Assembly (NCBI GenBank): GCA_040285855.1
Contig: JAUFOQ010000005.1
Coordinates: 2,170,001 to 2,234,000, forward strand
DNA length: 64,000 nt
Origin: Eukaryota sp. GEM-RC1
Taxonomy: Eukaryota
Reading direction: 5' to 3'
Part shown: piece by piece, positions 12,530 to 25,339 of the stretch
How the letters are laid out: each line of letters opens with the position of its first letter
How positions within the stretch are numbered: the stretch's first letter is position 1
Position numbers and translations under genes: made by a program
Notes under the pieces: model-generated
Database searches by the model: none
Told to the model about the DNA's origin: nothing
Seen by the model: only the letters and a program-made list of their open reading frames with translations

Positions 12530-12875
12530 AAGCTATGAAACACCAGACACCGAAAATTCCTGGTCAACAGTACCACAATTCTTGCACAACTTTGTGAAAA
12601 TTGATTTAAAAAACTTAGGCACCGAACGGAACAAAGAAAAAATCAAACGGTTATGTCAAATTGATAAGTTAAATCTCTTATTCTGAGACTTACACATAGA
12701 TATAAATGAGTTAAAAGCTTAGAAGCCATTTCACCAATACTACCAAAAATAGAAATAGCAAATGGAACAAATACAAATTTGAAAACTTTATTCGGCACCC
12801 AATAAGGTAACCTTCCTACAAAACCATGAAATTGTAAAAACAAACAAATAATACTAAGAATAAATTGAAACGACT
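12530..12875 (-). repeat. Juxtaposed 3' fragments of two RLE-type non-LTR families
   Basis: 12530-12780 matches 4990-5240. 12787-12875 matches the 3'-terminal sequence (..GGGTGCCGAATAAA on minus) also seen at 58960-59050 and ~22105-22190. Confidence 0.6.
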
Positions 12876-14339
12876 TTTGTTTCCAAACAGTGAATGTTGA
12901 AACACACGAAAAGTAGATCAACACAATCTTAGAGCTCAAAAAACCACAATTTGACCAATGTTTGATAATTTGAGTTTCATTATTCATTTCATTTTTTTTA
13001 TGGATTGCTTCATATGCTACCAACCTTTCAACCTCTCTGGTCGTCTACCTTTGCTTTTACCCCATTCCTGATTTTTAAATTCTGTTTCAACAATTGTTAA
13101 CAAATTTTAATCCACAAACGAGCAGTGCAAAAGAAAACTACATTTTTTAAAAGTTTTAAAAAAAGCTGACATAAATCAATTTTTGTGTTTATTTTAATGT
13201 TTTTATTCCATAAAGTGTTCGAGGTTTAAAAAAAATAAATCAGTTGGTGTGTATGATTTTGGTACTTTAGTTTGTTTTACTGAAGAAAACTGTTTCTACT
13301 TTAAAGAGCAATTTTTCAAAACCTGGTTCTTGTGAGCCGGTTAATCCAAGATGTATCATGGCAAATCACTAGTTAATACTGGAGCATTTAAGCTTTAAGT
13401 GGAAATACTGCTCTTCTAGTGACTACAGATTTCGGATCCGTGGGATGAATTTTCAGAAATGCGTCAAATGCGCACATTTTGGGCATTTTGACGCCTTATA
13501 CGCCTTTTAAAATTTTTGATCTTGCACATTTTGACTCTGAGATTTTTTTTCTCACTTCTTTGTTACTGTGTTTCTGTATAAGTCTCTTAATACATTAACA
13601 ATAATGATGAACTCTCAACATTGATTCCCAGTACCTCTTTTGTTGGATAAATTCACAATAATGCTAGTCACTACAACTCAACGATCATTCACTGTCATTG
13701 AATCTCACAGAAGCCTTTCCCACATAGCCACTTTTAATTACTTAAATTATCGTTTGATATCACAATATGCATTGTTTTAAAATGTGTGAAGTTATTGTGA
13801 TTAAACCAATACTGTTGATCAAAAGTCTTCTTTGCCTATAATAACGAACACTGTAAATCGATACAAAACCATAAACAGTCAAAATTGTAAAACCGTGTGT
13901 AAATACTGAATGAAATATGGTTTAAACGCCATTTATTAAAATACATACGTCCACTGTTTGTCTTGAAAGTTGAAAATTTTTCTGTATAGAATATGTGATC
14001 AACAGTAATTGCACAATAAGATAAAGATGATGATTTATGTGAAGATGTGGGTTTTCGAGCTGTCAACTCAGCTTAAAGAGTTTCAACGAGTTTTGAACAC
14101 AGTTTTCAACTGTCCCTGGTACAAAGTGTTGTTTAAAAGGATTAGTACCAGTGACGGACTGGTAACCACAATTGTGACAACGTAGCTTGTAATACAACAG
14201 AACCTTTGGATGGAGAATGGTATACAAATGTAGCGTGATGCCAAATGATGTGGGATTTTGATACATCTCGAAACGGGCACGGAACATAGAGAATTATAGT
14301 ACATTATAGTACATGTATCACTATGACGATAAAGATTTT

Positions 14340-15795
14340 TTAAACCACTAACAACCATGTCCTCATCTGCAATAAATTCCCAGTATGTTGTCAGTTTTGT
14401 GAGCATAAGATCAGCTGCTGTTCTGATCCAATGAGGAGCACGATTGGATTGAAGATGATTGACAAGATGGTCTTTCAATTTGGACATATAAAATAAAGCG
14501 ATTCCATCGGAACAATATTTGAAACCAGAGAGTTTTGTGGTAACTTGATAAAAGGGCTTTAAGAAGCGGACAACTTCAGTTAATGCATCTCTCTCAATTT
14601 GGGTCAATTTCAGTTTACGGAATTTTGGATGTCTTGATGTATCAATTGCTACATCAACCACAGCTAAGTACTTCAAATATTTGGAAATCATCAAATATGT
14701 GCTATTCCATCTGGTTGCCACGTCCTGAGGAATTCCAACAACTTTTGAACCTATTTGTTGTTCGAAAGCAGTTCTGTAATCTTCGTTTACAACATTTGAT
14801 TGGTGTAATTTTGAAACAAAACCACGGACTCTGGTGATAGTATTGGAAATATTCACATCCATTGAAGCAACAGGAACATCAATATCAGACAATTCAACTT
14901 CTTCTAATGGCACAGTATCATTTGGTTGCTTATTATTCAACGTTTTGACAACAACATTGATAATATGGGCACAACACCGTCTTAAAACAATTTTTGATCT
15001 TAAATTTTGTTCAAAGTGTTCCTTCAATTTGTTCATGGCAGACACAACATTACGACCATTGTCGAATGTAATTCCCTTTAATTTTGTTTCCAAGCCGAAT
15101 TCTGTTATCGCAGCGAGTACAAAGTTCTTGATGGTGACACCTGTATGAGGATTTGGCATCATTCTCATCATAAGAACAAGTGACTTAATTTCAAAATCAC
15201 TGTCAACAAAATGCAGAGTTATACCCATAAACGATTTTTGTGCTGGTGATGTCCAGAGATCAATTGTTAGAGATACATGGGCATCGAGATTTTGTAAGAA
15301 AGTCTTTAGACGTGTTTCCATCAGGTTATGAGCAGCAACAATACGACGTTGGACTGTTTGACGTGACGGCAAAGAAGGGATGTTGGGAACACAGTAAAGA
15401 AGCAGATTTCTTAGAGCTGGACTTTCTACAAAGGAGAAGGGAAGATCTTGTTCGACAATAAGCTGGAGAACAAAAGCAAATACGTTTTGCAGTACTGTTG
15501 GATCACACTCGGCGTCTTGCTTACGCTTTTGCAGGAAAGTTGTGAGGACTTGGACATTCTGAAGACTTTCCTTCCGTTCATTGGGTTGAAGAATATCATT
15601 GTGGTGGTTCTGAAGATGTCGTACAATAGTACTATTCCCTGTGGTTGCTGCATAAGGTTCTTTGTGTTTCTCCCAACCTTCAGCGTTGCAGCGAACACGT
15701 TTGTCCTCAAGGCGGGTGAAGTAGTTCCAAATCCATGCTTCTTTACGTGAAGCAGGAGATGAAAACTCTGGAGGAGGATTAGCGTTAAGGGCCAT
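14340..15795 (-). pseudogene. hAT transposase with BED finger, C-terminally truncated
   Basis: WIWNYF...RVRC...HLQNHH (BED-like), LPFSFVESP, IDLWT, TFDNG, CCAH, TRWNS. The frame runs into host-element sequence after DEDMVV, so the last catalytic Glu and dimerisation region are absent. Confidence 0.88.
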
Positions 15796-15934
15796 TAGGG
15801 GACAAGAATTTCAAGAATAATCCTACACTAATTTATTGATTGTTTCAGTTAGATTGTCACATTGTGATCACTGTGTCCAATACAGTATATCTTCGAAAAA
15901 GTTGCTTTTACCACTGACAAGAGTTTAAATAAAA

Positions 15935-16079
15935 TATCGGTTCGGACTGGTTCGGACTGGTTCCGGTTCGGTCCATGAAAATGGGGAACCTGAACCAGTG
16001 AACCAAGAAGGACCGGACTGGGTCAGACCAGTTCGAACCAGTTCGAACCGATGGGTGAACCGAACTTTGGACAGTCCTA
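15935..16079 (-). repeat. Probable 5' terminus and subterminal repeats of the truncated hAT
   Basis: Minus strand begins TAGGACTGTCCAAAGTTCGG. About a dozen GAACC(A/G)/GGTTC motifs occur in both orientations. Confidence 0.6.
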
Positions 16080-16249
16080 ATTTTTTTTATGGGGTGGCTC
16101 AAATTCGAAATCAAAACGCTTACGTAAAATACACGCATTCAGCCAAGATTTGTCAAAATGACCACATTTGGCGCATTTTGACGCGTATCATTTCTGGAAA
16201 AAGGGCGCATTTGATAACACTGAAGTTTTCCACATCATACAATGAACCA

Positions 16250-17527
16250 ATGATCACACCTCGCTATCAACATTTGTTGCAAAGGAGTCGTTCTTCCCCT
16301 TCCAGTATTTCCTCTGGGATGGCTCACTCTGACGAACTGCATGTATTGTCTTCATTCACGGACCCTCCCTCTAAACGTGTCCATGTTCAGCAGACTTTGT
16401 TGATTCTGGTCCATCTACACTTACTGAGACGTTTTCTCAAGGATAATCTTAAAAACAATCACGATCGAACTGATCCTCAACTCACTGCTTTGAAAACAGT
16501 TTTGTCTGCATTTTTTGGACAAGTTGGCTATGTGAGCAATCACTTCCTTGATTCTTCATTACAAGCAGTTAAAGTCTATTTTCAATTACACACCTTTCAT
16601 GCTGATCTTAAACACCTTCCTGAACTAATTTCACTTGCTTCTTTCTTTGGAGCAGATCTACAATCTGTTTTCTTGCACGCTGACGAAGTTTCAATAATTG
16701 AAATACTTCTGAAGTATTCTGGTATACTTACAGGATTGAGAATCAAACTAAGGGAACCCTATGATTTAGAGTTTCTAAACAACTCCTCTTCTTTATTTCC
16801 ACGTCTTAAGCAGCTAGAAGTAGAAGTGTTCCAGCGCACCTCTGTTTCTATGTTATTGATTGAAGCGTTGAAAACCAATACTACAGTTACAAGTGTTAAT
16901 CTGAAGTCCAACTCTATTGGAGCTGAAGGTGCCACAGCTTTGGCAGAAGCGTTGAAGGTTAATACTTCAGTTACAACTGTTTATCTATGTGTAAACTTTA
17001 TTGAAGCTGAAGGTGCCAGAGCTTTAGCAGAGGCATTGAAAGTTAATGCTTCAGTCACCAGTATTAATCTAAGTGGAAACTCTGTTGGGGCTGAAGGTGC
17101 CAGAGCTTTAGCAGAGGCGTTAAAAGTTAGTGATTCGATTTCAAATCTCGACCTAAGTATTAACTCTGTTGGAGATGAAGGTGCCAGAGCTTTGGCAGAT
17201 GCATTGAAAGTTAATACTTCAGTTACAAGTGTTAATCTGATGTTCAACTCTATTGGAGATGAAGGTGCTAGAGCTTTGGCAGAGGCATTGAAAGTAAATA
17301 CTTCAGTTGCAAGTGTGAATCTGAGGTTCAACTCTATTGGAGATGAAGGTGCCAGAGCTTTGGCAGAGGCGTTGAAAGTTAGTGATTCGATTACAAATCT
17401 CGACCTAAATATGACCTCTGTTGGAGATGAAGGTGCCAGAGCTTTGGAAGATGCGTTAAAAGCTAACCATAGAGTTACAATTATGGGAATAACTAGTCTG
17501 ATTATCGATAGTGACATTGTACTTTGA
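16250..17527 (+). CDS. 28-aa LRR family member 2 (7 repeats)
   Basis: MITPRYQ start matches the paralog starts. Conserved N-terminal domain followed by 7 repeats. The 15998 start in the ORF track lies in transposon sequence. Confidence 0.85.
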   Translation: MITPRYQHLLQRSRSSPSSISSGMAHSDELHVLSSFTDPPSKRVHVQQTLLILVHLHLLRRFLKDNLKNNHDRTDPQLTALKTVLSAFFGQVGYVSNHFLDSSLQAVKVYFQLHTFHADLKHLPELISLASFFGADLQSVFLHADEVSIIEILLKYSGILTGLRIKLREPYDLEFLNNSSSLFPRLKQLEVEVFQRTSVSMLLIEALKTNTTVTSVNLKSNSIGAEGATALAEALKVNTSVTTVYLCVNFIEAEGARALAEALKVNASVTSINLSGNSVGAEGARALAEALKVSDSISNLDLSINSVGDEGARALADALKVNTSVTSVNLMFNSIGDEGARALAEALKVNTSVASVNLRFNSIGDEGARALAEALKVSDSITNLDLNMTSVGDEGARALEDALKANHRVTIMGITSLIIDSDIVL

Positions 17528-18225
17528 TTTGTTTTTGGTATAAAATGTTATATTATATATCAATCACTTCGGTGCATATCTCAAAAATACACACACTTTG
17601 ATCTGATATTATGCAATTAAGACAATTCGGCCAAAAGTACAATGTAATACAATGGAAACAGTGACGTTCCAACCTCCAATATCATTGAAGTCAGTACATT
17701 CCGCTACTGGAAAGTATTCGGATGTCACAGACAACATACAGCAACATGCAGTGTTAGAGGTGGATAGTGAGGAACACAATGAAAGCCTACAATTGATTTC
17801 CCAATATGATCCACTCCAAATTATACGAGGTGTATCTGGTACAGTGCTGAAAAAACAGAACATACAAAATAGACTTTACTCAGTGCCCAAAAAAAACATT
17901 CCTACAAACATGGGAATTAATATAGCAAAACATAGAATACTGAGACTAAGTTACAACGACTTCTTCGGTAAAAGATTACGGTTATCAACATTAACCTTCA
18001 CACCAAACTTGTACAATTTCTTAATTAATCAAGAGAAATAGAAACAGAGAAAAACACATAATAAGATAAGTACAAATAAATAAACACTATTGGAACAAAT
18101 TATCAAACGAACTACCTAATTCTGAAAATTAGTTGCCTCCAAACAACTTGGACAAAATGGAATCAACATATCTATACATAGACCTAAAAATCGAAAAAGC
18201 AAATTTACTCTTCCAGTACGATCTG

Positions 18226-19800
18226 TTAAACTTCTGAACACAAATTTTCAAATAAACTTAAAAACTCCTTGGTAGAAGAACCGAAATTTCCGTACAATGA
18301 AACTGCAAAAGGCTGAAAGACGATATTATTGTGTCTTCGTGAATTCAATGCAGCAACTTGATGTCCGTACTTAGACACTTTGGCGTTCTCAGCGTCTTTC
18401 AGCGAATGATTTGAAGTATTCAAAATATTGGCAATAGCTGAAGCTTTGCAAGGATTAACGGTCGTAAAATCAACAACAATTTCTTGGCATGACAACCAAG
18501 GGCCAATAAAATCACCCCGTTTCTGAGTAGAATCAGAGTGATCTGAAAGATGAGAAAGTAATGGTTCAACTTTGCCATGGAAACCATTCGCCTTAAAAAT
18601 TTCCAAACATGTATCTTGAAGACTGTTGTGCAAAATTGAACGACAATATATGAACTTTGAACAATTGACCAAATGATGAAAGCTAGCCTTATGTTTGTTT
18701 TTACAGATACACGTGCTGTTCTGTAACAAACCAAATGGCCAAAAACCTAAAACCGATATATGGAAAACACTATACGGTTTTTCCATTCAGCCATTCTAAA
18801 CTTACGCTTCTTTTCTTTACACAATTCTTCAAAATCCTTGAAAAATTCATCACCAGCAGGACTAATAGAGTCATACTTGGAGTGTTTGAGCTTTTCAGCA
18901 GCTGTTAACGGATTAAAAGAAGAATACAATATCCTGCTTACTCAAGATTTGTTACAAACATTTACTGTAGTAAAATCCATAAATGATTGATTCGATTCAA
19001 GCCCACGGAGTATGGAGATCCCCTAATTTTTAATCAGTAAATTCATTTTCTGAAAGATAATTCAAAACTGGTTCAATTTTTAAGGGAAAATCATGTACTT
19101 TAAACATGGAATAACAAGAATCACGTACACTATCATGAATTAATGCACGTAGATGAATAAAGTAACGACAATTAATTAAATGACGAAAAACACCATTAGC
19201 TCCACAAGAGCAAGTTGAATAAATTAATAAATTTGCAGGCCGAATAGCCAAACGAAGAAGCATATTGATCATCCAAGCTTCATCAGATAGATGTAATCCA
19301 TACACCTTAGGAATTTGAGAAATAAATCCAGAAGGTCCACTATTACAAAGGTCAATTAAAAAAGCAGCGAACTCGGGACTATTAGTTTTAGCCAAGATAA
19401 TACGATTGTTACAGTCCAAGAGTTCAAACTCTTTGTCAATATATTTTGCAGCTTACATACGGCAGACGGTAGAGATGAAACATTTTTAAAGGAGTCTCCT
19501 TCAAATGAGCAGGGAACAAAGATCTTCACATTTCAGGAGCCATATATGATACCACATCTAAGCAGATTGAATCCAACGACAATTAGTGGAATTCAACAGA
19601 TTGATTCCATCCAAGGGAAATCGTTTCAAAAATTCAATTATACAATTCTTAACACCTCCTAAAAGAGCAGATTTTCTAATGATTTTTGCATGGGTGAAAC
19701 CTACCCATGCGAAGTCAGAGGAATAAAAAGCATGAAATGTAACGTTAGACTCGTTAATTTCAGCCAAATAAGAGAGAAAATTTGTTCTAATAGAATTAAA
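18226..19800 (-). pseudogene. Degenerate RLE-type (CRE/NeSL/R2-like) non-LTR retrotransposon 3' halves, two joined pieces
   Basis: CxC...HLxNC zinc motif, IHD.VRD, EP, RGD...VDFTTV, AE..K..KY, FQPFAVSLYG.FG, with many stops and frameshifts. 18747-19800 is the inverted paralog of ~31400-33600. Confidence 0.7.
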
Positions 19801-20155
19801 TTTCTTGGCAAATATTTAATAGTAATAATATATTTTAGTCGTTCAAAAGTAAAGTACGGTACGGTACGTCTAAAATCGCCACGGGACGGAACATTTGCGT
19901 TCTAAACAACTTAATACTAATTATATAGGCAAAGTCAACATGTTCTATACCCAAATATGTCGATTAATGATTTTTCTTTGCTCGGAGAGCAGTTATTGAT
20001 TTAATGAATTTTACCCAACAAAGGCAAGAAAAGTTGAAGGAGAGCTTGACATACCTTGACAGTGCTGCTTTAGTGACTAGAGAGTTTGAATGGTTCATGG
20101 TTTTAATAGATGTTGGATTGAAAGAATGTAGAAAAACTCCATTTCTTCAGCATCA

Positions 20156-21523
20156 ATGGTCACACCTTGTCCTGAATCTTTGAAAAGGAGTCGTTCATCC
20201 CCTTCCAGTATCTCCTCTGCGATGTCAAACTGTGGCGAACTGTCTGTATTGTCTTCATCCACAGTTTCTCCCTCTAAACGTGTCCATGTTCAGCAGACTC
20301 TATTGATTCTTATCCACCTTCATTTGCTGAGACGTCTACTAAAGCTTACTCTTGAAAATATTCATAATCGAACTAATCTTGAACTCACTGCTTTGAAAAC
20401 AGCATTACCTACATTCTTTGGACAAGTTGGTTATGTAAGTAATCACTTCCTTGATTCTTCATTTCAAGCAGTTAAAGTCTATTTTCAATTACACACCTTT
20501 CATGCTGATCTTAAACACCTACCTGAACTAGTTTCACTTGCTTCTTTCTTTGGAGGAGATCTACAATCTGTTTTCCTGGACACTTACGAAATCTTAGAAG
20601 TTGAGAAGTGTCTTAATTATTCTGATATAATTACAGGATTGAGAATCAAACTAGATGAACTCGCTGATTTAGAGTTTCTAATCAATTCTTCTTCTCTATT
20701 TACACGTCTTAAGCAACTAGCAGTATCAGTGTTCCAAAACCATTCTGTTTCTATGTTATTGATTGAAGCTTTGAAAACCAATACTACAGTTACAAGTGTT
20801 GATCTAGGTAGCAACTCTATTGAAGATGAAGATGCCAGAGCTTTGGCAGAGGTGTTGAAAATTAATACTTCAGTTACAGGCATTGATCTTCGTAACAACT
20901 CTATTGGAGATGAAGGTGCCAGAGCTTTGGCAGAGGCGTTAAAAGTTAATGTTTCAGTTACAAGTGTTAATCTGTGGGATAACTCTATTGGATATGAAGG
21001 TGCCAGAGCTTTGGCAGAGGCGTTAAAAGTTAATGCTTCAGTTACAAGTGTTGTACTGCGGGACAACTTCATTGGAGATGAAGGTGCTGAAGCTTTGGCA
21101 GAGGCGTTGAAAGTTAATTCTTTTGTTCTAAGTGTTAATCTGGAGGACAACTCTATCGGAGCTGAAGGTGCCAGAGCTTTGGCAGAGGCGTTGAAAGTTA
21201 ATTCTTCTGTTACAAGTGTTAATCTGTGTCTCAACTGTATTGGAGATGAAGGTGCTGAAGCTTTGGCAGAGGCGTTGAAAGTTAATTCTTCTGTTACAAG
21301 TGTTAATCTTCAGGATAACTCTATTGGAAATGAAGGTGTTAGAGCTTTGGTAGATGCATTAAAAGTCAATGCCTCAGTTACGAGTGTTAATCTGAGTTTC
21401 AACTCTATTGGAAATGAAGGTGTTAGAGCTTTGGCAGTGGCTATAAAAGTTAATCATAGAGTTGAAATAGAGGGAGTAGAACAACTCAATAGGTTAATTA
21501 GTTCTAAAATTAGTACAAAATAG
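20156..21523 (+). CDS. 28-aa LRR family member 3 (8 repeats)
   Basis: Intact 455-aa ORF: family N-terminal domain plus 84-bp repeats. Confidence 0.88.
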   Translation: MVTPCPESLKRSRSSPSSISSAMSNCGELSVLSSSTVSPSKRVHVQQTLLILIHLHLLRRLLKLTLENIHNRTNLELTALKTALPTFFGQVGYVSNHFLDSSFQAVKVYFQLHTFHADLKHLPELVSLASFFGGDLQSVFLDTYEILEVEKCLNYSDIITGLRIKLDELADLEFLINSSSLFTRLKQLAVSVFQNHSVSMLLIEALKTNTTVTSVDLGSNSIEDEDARALAEVLKINTSVTGIDLRNNSIGDEGARALAEALKVNVSVTSVNLWDNSIGYEGARALAEALKVNASVTSVVLRDNFIGDEGAEALAEALKVNSFVLSVNLEDNSIGAEGARALAEALKVNSSVTSVNLCLNCIGDEGAEALAEALKVNSSVTSVNLQDNSIGNEGVRALVDALKVNASVTSVNLSFNSIGNEGVRALAVAIKVNHRVEIEGVEQLNRLISSKISTK

Positions 21524-22468
21524 ATTTTCATTTCAAGTTAATATATATCTGTTGAAGTGAAGTGTGTTAAGGTCATCAAGAGCTGATGCTTTTGAAAATT
21601 TGAATTGTTATATGATGACCTTCGTGACGTTCAATACATCAGTTGAATCCAACATCCAATCAAAAGTGATGAATTCCCAGTTCATGGTGATATTCTAAAC
21701 AACAAATAACTAAAGGGCACAATTTCAATAAATATTTTTTTGATAAACAGACTCAATTTCCATGCTTGGTATATATAAGACTTAAAACATTTCAGTTTCA
21801 CACTGAAGAAAACTCATAAATTGTCCATCAAGTCAACATGTATTATTCCCAATTTGTTCTTAATTAATGATGATTTAGCTATCGATTTAGACGTTCAGTC
21901 TCTGTATATCTTCTGAAGCTGAAACCTTGGCCATTCCAGTTCTAAATGAACTCAAATCATTGGGGTAAATTAGGATAAAACCAACACGTCATTATGACAG
22001 AGTATACAATGGGATTCACAAAAGTAGGCCAAAATTCAAATTGTTTGAGAAATTATCCACGTTTGGTGTGAAAGCTAACGTTGCAAAACGTAATCTTTTA
22101 TGAAGTCGTTTGGATTTAATTTTAGTATTAATCATTTGTGTTTACAATTTCATAGTTTTGTAGGAATTTTACCTTAATGGGTACCGAATATAGTTGTTTA
22201 TTTGTTTATATATTGCTTTGAAGATGTTGAAATTCTGCCCTTTAATGGATTTGTTGTTTAGGATATCACCATGAACTGTGAATTCATCACTTTTGATTGG
22301 ATGTTGGATTCAACTGATGTATTGAACGTCACCAAGGTCATCAAATAACAATTCAAATTTTCAAAACCATCAGAAACACTTCTCTTGACTACCTTAACAC
22401 ACTTCATTTCAACAGATATACACCAACTGAAATGAAAATCTATTTTATACTAATTTTAGAACTAATTA
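21494..22468. repeat. ~230-bp inverted repeat formed by shared 3' flanks of convergent LRR genes 3 and 4
   Basis: 21494-21728 is the near reverse complement of ~22228-22468, e.g. GACGTTCAATACATCAGTTGAATCCAACATCCAATCAAAAGTGATGAATTC. Confidence 0.85.
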
Positions 22469-24049
22469 GGACCTATTGAGTTGTTCTACTCCCACTATTT
22501 TAAGTTTAGGATTAAATTTTAACGCATCTGCCAAAGCTCTGACACCTTCATCTTCAAGAGAGTTGTCCCGCAGATTAATACTTGAAACTGTAGTGTTAAC
22601 TTTTAACGCCTCTGCTAAAGCTCTGGCACCGTCATCTCCAATAGAGTTATCCTCCAGATCAATACTTGTAACTGAAGCATTCACTTTCAACGCCTCTGCT
22701 AAAGCTCTGGCACCTTCATCACCAATAGAGTTATACTCCAGATCAATACTTGTAACTGAAGCATTCACTTTCAACGCCTCTGCTAAAGCTCTGGCACCTT
22801 CATCACCAATAGAGTTATACTCCAGATCAATACTTGTAACTGAAGCATTCACTTTCAACGCCTCTGCCAAAGCTCTGGCACCTTCAACCCCAATGGAGTT
22901 GGACTTCAGATTAACACTTGTAACAGAAGCATTAACTTTCAACGCCTCTGCCAAAGCTCGGGCACCTTCAGCTCCAATAGAGTTGTAACTCAGATTAACA
23001 CTTGTAACAGAAACATTAACTTTCAACGCCTCTGCCAAAGCTCGGGCACCTTCAGCTCCAATAGAGTTGTAACTCAGATTAACACTTGTAACAGAAACAT
23101 TAACTTTCAACGCCTCTGCCAAAACTCTGGCACCTTCATTTCTGATAGAGTTGTCCCTCAGATCAACACTGGTAACTGTAGTATTGGTTTTCAACGCATC
23201 TGCCAAAACTCTGCCACCTTCATCTCTGATAGAGTTGTCCCTCAGATTAACACTTGTTACAGAAGCATTAACTTTCAACGCATCTGCCAAAGCTTCGGCG
23301 CCTTCATCTCCAATAGAGTTGAAACTCAAATCAACACTTGTAACTGAAGCATTAACTTTCAACGCATCTGCCAAAGCTCGGGCACCTTCAGCTCCAATAT
23401 AGTTGCATCCCAGATTAACACTTGTAACTGAAGTATTGGTATTCAACGCTTCAATCAATAACATAGAAACTGAGCTGCGTCGTCTCGCAACTTCTACTTC
23501 TAGCTGCTTAAGACGCGGAAATAAAGCAGAAGAATTGTTTAGAAACTCTAACTCAGAGGGTTCCATTAGTACAATTCTCAATCCTGCAATTATACCAGAA
23601 TAATTCAGAAATTTCTCAATTTCTAAAATTCCGTAAACGTCCAAGAAAACAGATTGTAGATCCACTCCAAAGAAAGAAGCAAGTAAAATCAGTTTGGGGA
23701 AGTCTTCATCATCAGCACGAAAGGTGTGTAATTGAAAATAGACTTTGACTGCTTGTAACGAAGAATCAAGGAAGTGATGACTTACATAACCTACTTGTCC
23801 AAAGAATGTAGGTAAAACTGTTTTCAAACCAGTGAGTTGAGCATTAGTTCGATCATCAATATTTTCGAGAGAGTGTTTGAGAAGACGTCTCAGCAAGTGA
23901 AGATGGATGAGAACCAACAAGGTCTGGTGAACATGGACACGTTTAAAGGGATGATGTGCGGATGAAGACAATACCGACAGTTCGCCACAGTTAGACATCA
24001 CAGAGGAACGGCTCCTCTTCAACAAAGGTTCAGGATGAGGTGTGATCAT
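22466..24049 (-). CDS. 28-aa LRR family member 4 (11 repeats)
   Basis: Intact 527-aa ORF containing adjacent identical repeats (NLSYN x2, DLEYN x2). Confidence 0.88.
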   Translation of the reverse strand: MITPHPEPLLKRSRSSVMSNCGELSVLSSSAHHPFKRVHVHQTLLVLIHLHLLRRLLKHSLENIDDRTNAQLTGLKTVLPTFFGQVGYVSHHFLDSSLQAVKVYFQLHTFRADDEDFPKLILLASFFGVDLQSVFLDVYGILEIEKFLNYSGIIAGLRIVLMEPSELEFLNNSSALFPRLKQLEVEVARRRSSVSMLLIEALNTNTSVTSVNLGCNYIGAEGARALADALKVNASVTSVDLSFNSIGDEGAEALADALKVNASVTSVNLRDNSIRDEGGRVLADALKTNTTVTSVDLRDNSIRNEGARVLAEALKVNVSVTSVNLSYNSIGAEGARALAEALKVNVSVTSVNLSYNSIGAEGARALAEALKVNASVTSVNLKSNSIGVEGARALAEALKVNASVTSIDLEYNSIGDEGARALAEALKVNASVTSIDLEYNSIGDEGARALAEALKVNASVTSIDLEDNSIGDDGARALAEALKVNTTVSSINLRDNSLEDEGVRALADALKFNPKLKIVGVEQLNRS

Positions 24050-25339
24050 CAGTGGAAGAAGTAGTGAAAACCTTACTCACTGTTCAATGGACTTTTTTGA
24101 TAATGCCCAACTTGCTTTAACAACCAGGAACCATCCGAACTCTCCAGTCCCTAGAAGAGCAGTATTTTCAATGAATCCTTTTCATCCGTCATGAATCATT
24201 CTTGCATGCAACCTAAAACTTGTCATCAAACTGACATACTTTGATGTTCAAATAAGTTGCCAGTGTATAACATAACCGGGTAGCTTGTAATTTATTCGAA
24301 GCGAGTTCTCTGTTCTGCTGTGGCCTTATTAGTTCTACTCGATTATAAACAGAAACGCACGATAGAGTGTTTCTTCGTTGAGTATATATGAATTTATGTT
24401 GAATTTTTATTTTGAATAAATCTCATCATAAAACAGTAGTTTACTAAGCTTGTGGAAGTGATATCTGAACCGTCTGATATTATTATGATCTTCATGGTTT
24501 TGCTTACAGATACTGTTTAGATAATGTTTACTAAATTACTCTCTGCAGAGTCTTTGATGGTTCTGTACGGATTGATCGAATTCTGTTTGCGTTTTACACA
24601 AGCATCCCGAAGTATCTAAGGTTTATTTATTCCAAATTATTTAGAGACAGTTTCCGTGTTGATGTAGAGAATTAAACTTTTTACGTTTTTTGAATTAGTG
24701 TGTATTAAACTATTTTTGCAATTAAAGTTAGTCAACTCTATAAAAAAGAATTCAACTTTTCCAGCTTTAATGTATTCCAGGTTTTAAACGTATGTGAACA
24801 CTAATATTTAAAGTAAAAGTCTCCAATATTAACTCAGGATTTGTAATTCTACAACTTGGATCAACTGGTTCAGTAAAATCTAGGTTTTTAGAAATTCTTC
24901 TTTAAAGTACAAACAGATATTTTGAGTAGAACAAACTAAACCAACAAAGTCATATACGGCATTTGAAGTTGCTGGACTAAAATACCCTCAGATTGAAGTA
25001 ACAGCTAGCACGCCTATAAATTAACTATATTTATTTTTTTTGTTGAGATTTCTTCAAAACTTACAAACAATCAGAATGCTAATGATGTTTAGTCTTTGGT
25101 TGACCGCTTTTGGAGTCACTCAAAGAGGTGTAGTTATAGACTTGTGCAAAGGGTCAACTGTAAGTTAATCAGCCACAACTTGAGGGGAAACAACAACATT
25201 CTTTTGTCCAGCTTTATATGATACTCTAACAGGGCATCTCATAAACAAATATAAATTCCAGTTATTTACGTGTATCTTAATTTAATTTTATTTTTGACAC
25301 TTTTTGGCGATCATTTAAATAATATATATATAAAACTAA

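Larger units (their letters stand above)
13438..16222 (-). mobile_element. Second copy of the CAGTG hAT element, interrupted by a different truncated hAT
   Basis: 16222 end reads CAGTGTTATCAAATGCGCCC on minus (compare 8820). 13438-14300 is the reverse complement of ~8980-9765. The 13438 end is degenerate and no TSD is recognisable. Confidence 0.65.

Noticed and set aside
15998..16249. N-terminal extension of LRR gene 2 (transposon-gene fusion)
   Set aside because: Non-ATG start inside hAT subterminal repeats. Paralogs start at the MITP-equivalent ATG (16250).
17652..18041. 129-aa ORF and other short ORFs in intergenic or antisense MULE frames
   Set aside because: No recognisable motifs; they overlap degenerate repeats or real genes on the other strand.
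22480..23450. Regular repeat/variable pattern resembling a CRISPR array
   Set aside because: The units are 84-bp in-frame coding LRRs, there are no cas genes, and the context is eukaryotic.
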